A DNA stretch of 64,000 bases from Scyliorhinus canicula. Taxonomy: Eukaryota. The stretch spans positions 116,242,552 to 116,306,551 of the forward strand of contig NC_052147.1 of assembly GCF_902713615.1 (NCBI RefSeq), given 5' to 3'. This document shows, in pieces, positions 61,293 through 64,000 of this stretch. The notes beneath the pieces were generated by a model. That model searched no databases. It was not told the DNA's origin and saw only the letters and a program-made list of their open reading frames with translations. Each line of letters begins with the position of its first letter. The stretch's first letter is position 1. A program made the position numbers and the translations under genes.

Positions 61293-63369
61293 GAGGGGAT
61301 GCTCTGGCTGATTTTGCAATCCACCCCTTGGCCTGTAACATTGTAGGGAGCAGATGACGAACATATCAGCCATGATAGAATGGCAGAGCAGACTCGATGG
61401 GCCAAATGGCCTAATTCTGCTCCTCTATCTTATGAACTTATGAACTTATGAATGGTGCTTGACTGTGTCTGGCACGGCGCTCTTTCTTTTCTTCGGAGAT
61501 TATTGATTCATGTGGTGTAGGTGGTTTGGCTTTTTATCCTATTTTCTTATCTTTTGTATGCTTATAGATTGTTCAATAGACAAAATATACGAGGGTGGAG
61601 AATTTTGGACGGAGACGGTTATGAACTTCCAGTTTACTCTCAACCTTTTGAGACCTGGATGAGTCTTATGCCTCACATTTTGTAACTCAGTGCACTAGGT
61701 TGCAGTCCCTCTTTCTCTGTTTGAATAGAGGGCACCACGGTGGTTAGCACTGTTGCCTCACAACACCAGGAATCCGGGTTTGGTTCCAACATTGGGCAAC
61801 TGTGTGGAGTTTGCATATTCACCCTGTGTCTGCGTGGTTTTCCTCCCGGTGCTCCCACAGTCCAAAGATGTGCAGGTGAGGTGGATTGGCCATACTAAAT
61901 TGTCACCACTTAGTGTCCAAAAGTTACAGGGTTTGGGCGGGGAGTGGGTCCAAGTCAGGTGCTCTTTCAGAGGGTTACTGCTGACTCGATGGGCCAAATG
62001 GCCTCTTTCTGCACTGTGGGGATTCTATGATCACTTCTCAACCTTTGGATCCACTTCAGTACCCTGCTCCAGATCTTTGGATACCTGGTGTGGGTGAGCT
62101 TGCAGGCAAGCCAGAGGATCTCACCAGGGCTTGGGGGCTGGCCATCTAAATCTCTGGATTGGAAGGACCCATGGGAGTGACTTCTCTAGTTGCCTGTCCC
62201 TCATCTGCTATCTTGTCCATGAGTGACCCTGCCGATGGAGCCCTGCCATCCCTGTTCACGTGTAGCAGATAACAGTGATTACATTATTGTTTAAATTGTC
62301 TTTGTTTTTATGATTAATATCTTCGTTACGTGCCCTTACGTGATTTTCAGTTGGTAACACTCTGGCAAACAAGTATCTCCTGAATAGTTATTTTGGAAAA
62401 GAATACAAAAAGATGGGAGATGGATAAACTAGTGTGGATTAAGAAATAAATAGATAAAGGTCGGTAGGTAGATTAATGGGTGGCAGGTGGCACAGTGGTT
62501 AGCCCTGCTGCCTCACGGCACTGAGGACCTGGCTTCAGATCCCAGCTCTGGATCACTGTCCATGTGGAATTTGCACAAATTTCCCTGTCTCAGTGTGGGT
62601 CTCACCCCCACAACCCAAAGATGTGTAGATTAGGTGGATTAGCCACGCTAAATTGCCCTTTAATTGGAAAAAAATAATTGGGTACTTTAAATTTGAAGAA
62701 AAGGTAGGTAGATTAAGAAATAACAAAGTCATGATTATGCAGTGGAAGCCGCAGCCTATTGTAATGGGGTAGGTGGAGAATCAGATTAGAAAATGGAAAA
62801 GTCAGAGTGACTGGGATGAGGGCAGCAGAACAGAGCTCGGAAAATGAAAACAAAACAGTTCTGCATAACAATGAAGTCTTCTGCCTCACTGATTTTCATT
62901 GATCCCTTATTGGTTGCTGCGTATTTAGCTGTTTTTAAGCTCTTTACATTTACCTGCCTCTTCCTTTCAGACACTCCTTAAAATTCTTTCACCAAACTCT
63001 TTTGTCACCTAATAGCTTCGTCATACGGCTCAGTTTCAAATGTGAACCACCTTTCAACTTTTTTTTCCACAACACCCCCCACTGTATTTTACCCTCTGTA
63101 AACTTCTGGATCGTCCAAAACTCTGTTTTGTTTTTAATTTTCGAGTGCCCAATTCATTTTTTTCCAATTAAGGGGCAATTTAGCGTGACCAATCCACCTA
63201 GCCTGCACATCTTTTGAGTTGTTTGCGGGCAAAACCCACGCAAACACGGGGGGAATGTGCAAACTCCACACGGACAGGGACCCAGAGCCGGGTTCAAACC
63301 TGGGACCTCAGCGCCGTGAGGCAACAGGGCTAACCAGTGAGCTGCCCTCTCTCCCCCTCTCTTTCCTTC

Positions 63370-64000
63370 TTTTTAAAAAAAAGTAATTTTTATTGAGATT
63401 TTCAAAAACATATCCAAAACAGAAAATAACAACAAGAAAACAATATTAACAACAACAAAAAGAAAAACAAACTAACCACCAAAACCAACAACCCCACCCC
63501 CAGTAACTACAAAAAGGAGAGATAGATAAACACCCGGCATATCCAATAAACGCCTAAAGAACCCCTGTACTGATCCCCTCAGGGCAAATTTCACCTTCTC
63601 CAACTTGATGAACCCCGCCATATCATTGATCCAGGCCTCCATGCTTCGGGGCCTCGCATCCTTCCATTGAAGCAAAATCCTCTGCCGAGCTACTAGGGAC
63701 ACAAAGGCCAGAACACCGGCCTCTTTCGCCTCCTGCACTCCCGACTCCACTGCAACCCCAGAAATTGCGAGTCCCCAGCCTGGCTTGACCCTGGATCCTA
63801 CCACCCTCGACACCGTCCTTGCTACCCCCTTCCAAAACTCCCCCAACGCTGGGCATGCCCAGAACATTTGGGCGTGGTTCGCTGGGCTCCCCGAGCACCT
63901 AGCACACCTGTCTTCGCCCCCGAAAAACCTACCCATCCTCATCCCAGTCATGTGGGCCCTGTGCAGCACCTTGAACTGTATGAGGCTAAGGAAGAGGAGG
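63370..64000 (-). mobile_element. L1-clade LINE 3' end, same ORF2 family as 617-3480, runs off the window
   Basis: LHRAHMTG..CARCSGSPANHAQMFWACP..WKDARP..KLEKVKFALRGS nearly identical to the first copy. Confidence 0.92.

Overview
Vertebrate genomic DNA, almost certainly from a shark (HE1/V-type SINEs, CR1, L1/Tx1, Penelope-like elements, DeuSINE remnants). I reconstructed three complete spliced genes exon by exon, all with GT-AG introns and consistent phases: RDH12-like retinol dehydrogenase (minus strand, 7 coding exons, 319 aa), VTI1B SNARE (plus, 6 exons, 224 aa) and mitochondrial arginase ARG2 (minus, 8 exons, 355 aa). RDH12 and VTI1B are head-to-head with ATGs 636 bp apart; VTI1B and ARG2 are tail-to-tail with stops about 750 bp apart. 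Much of the rest is decayed transposons. Best leads: (1) a tandem array of composite PBX/PREP-decamer plus ETS units in the RDH12/VTI1B shared promoter; (2) an inverted repeat pair bracketing the frame-preserving ARG2 exon 6; (3) two back-to-back bidirectional poly(A) signals between VTI1B and ARG2; (4) fold-back Penelope-like elements with hammerhead-ribozyme-like cores; (5) LTRs carrying CTCF-like motifs; (6) poly-G/C tracts capped at exactly 23 nt. No CRISPR, rRNA or true tRNA genes seen. All calls are by eye; repeat boundaries without TSDs are approximate and family names are from memory.
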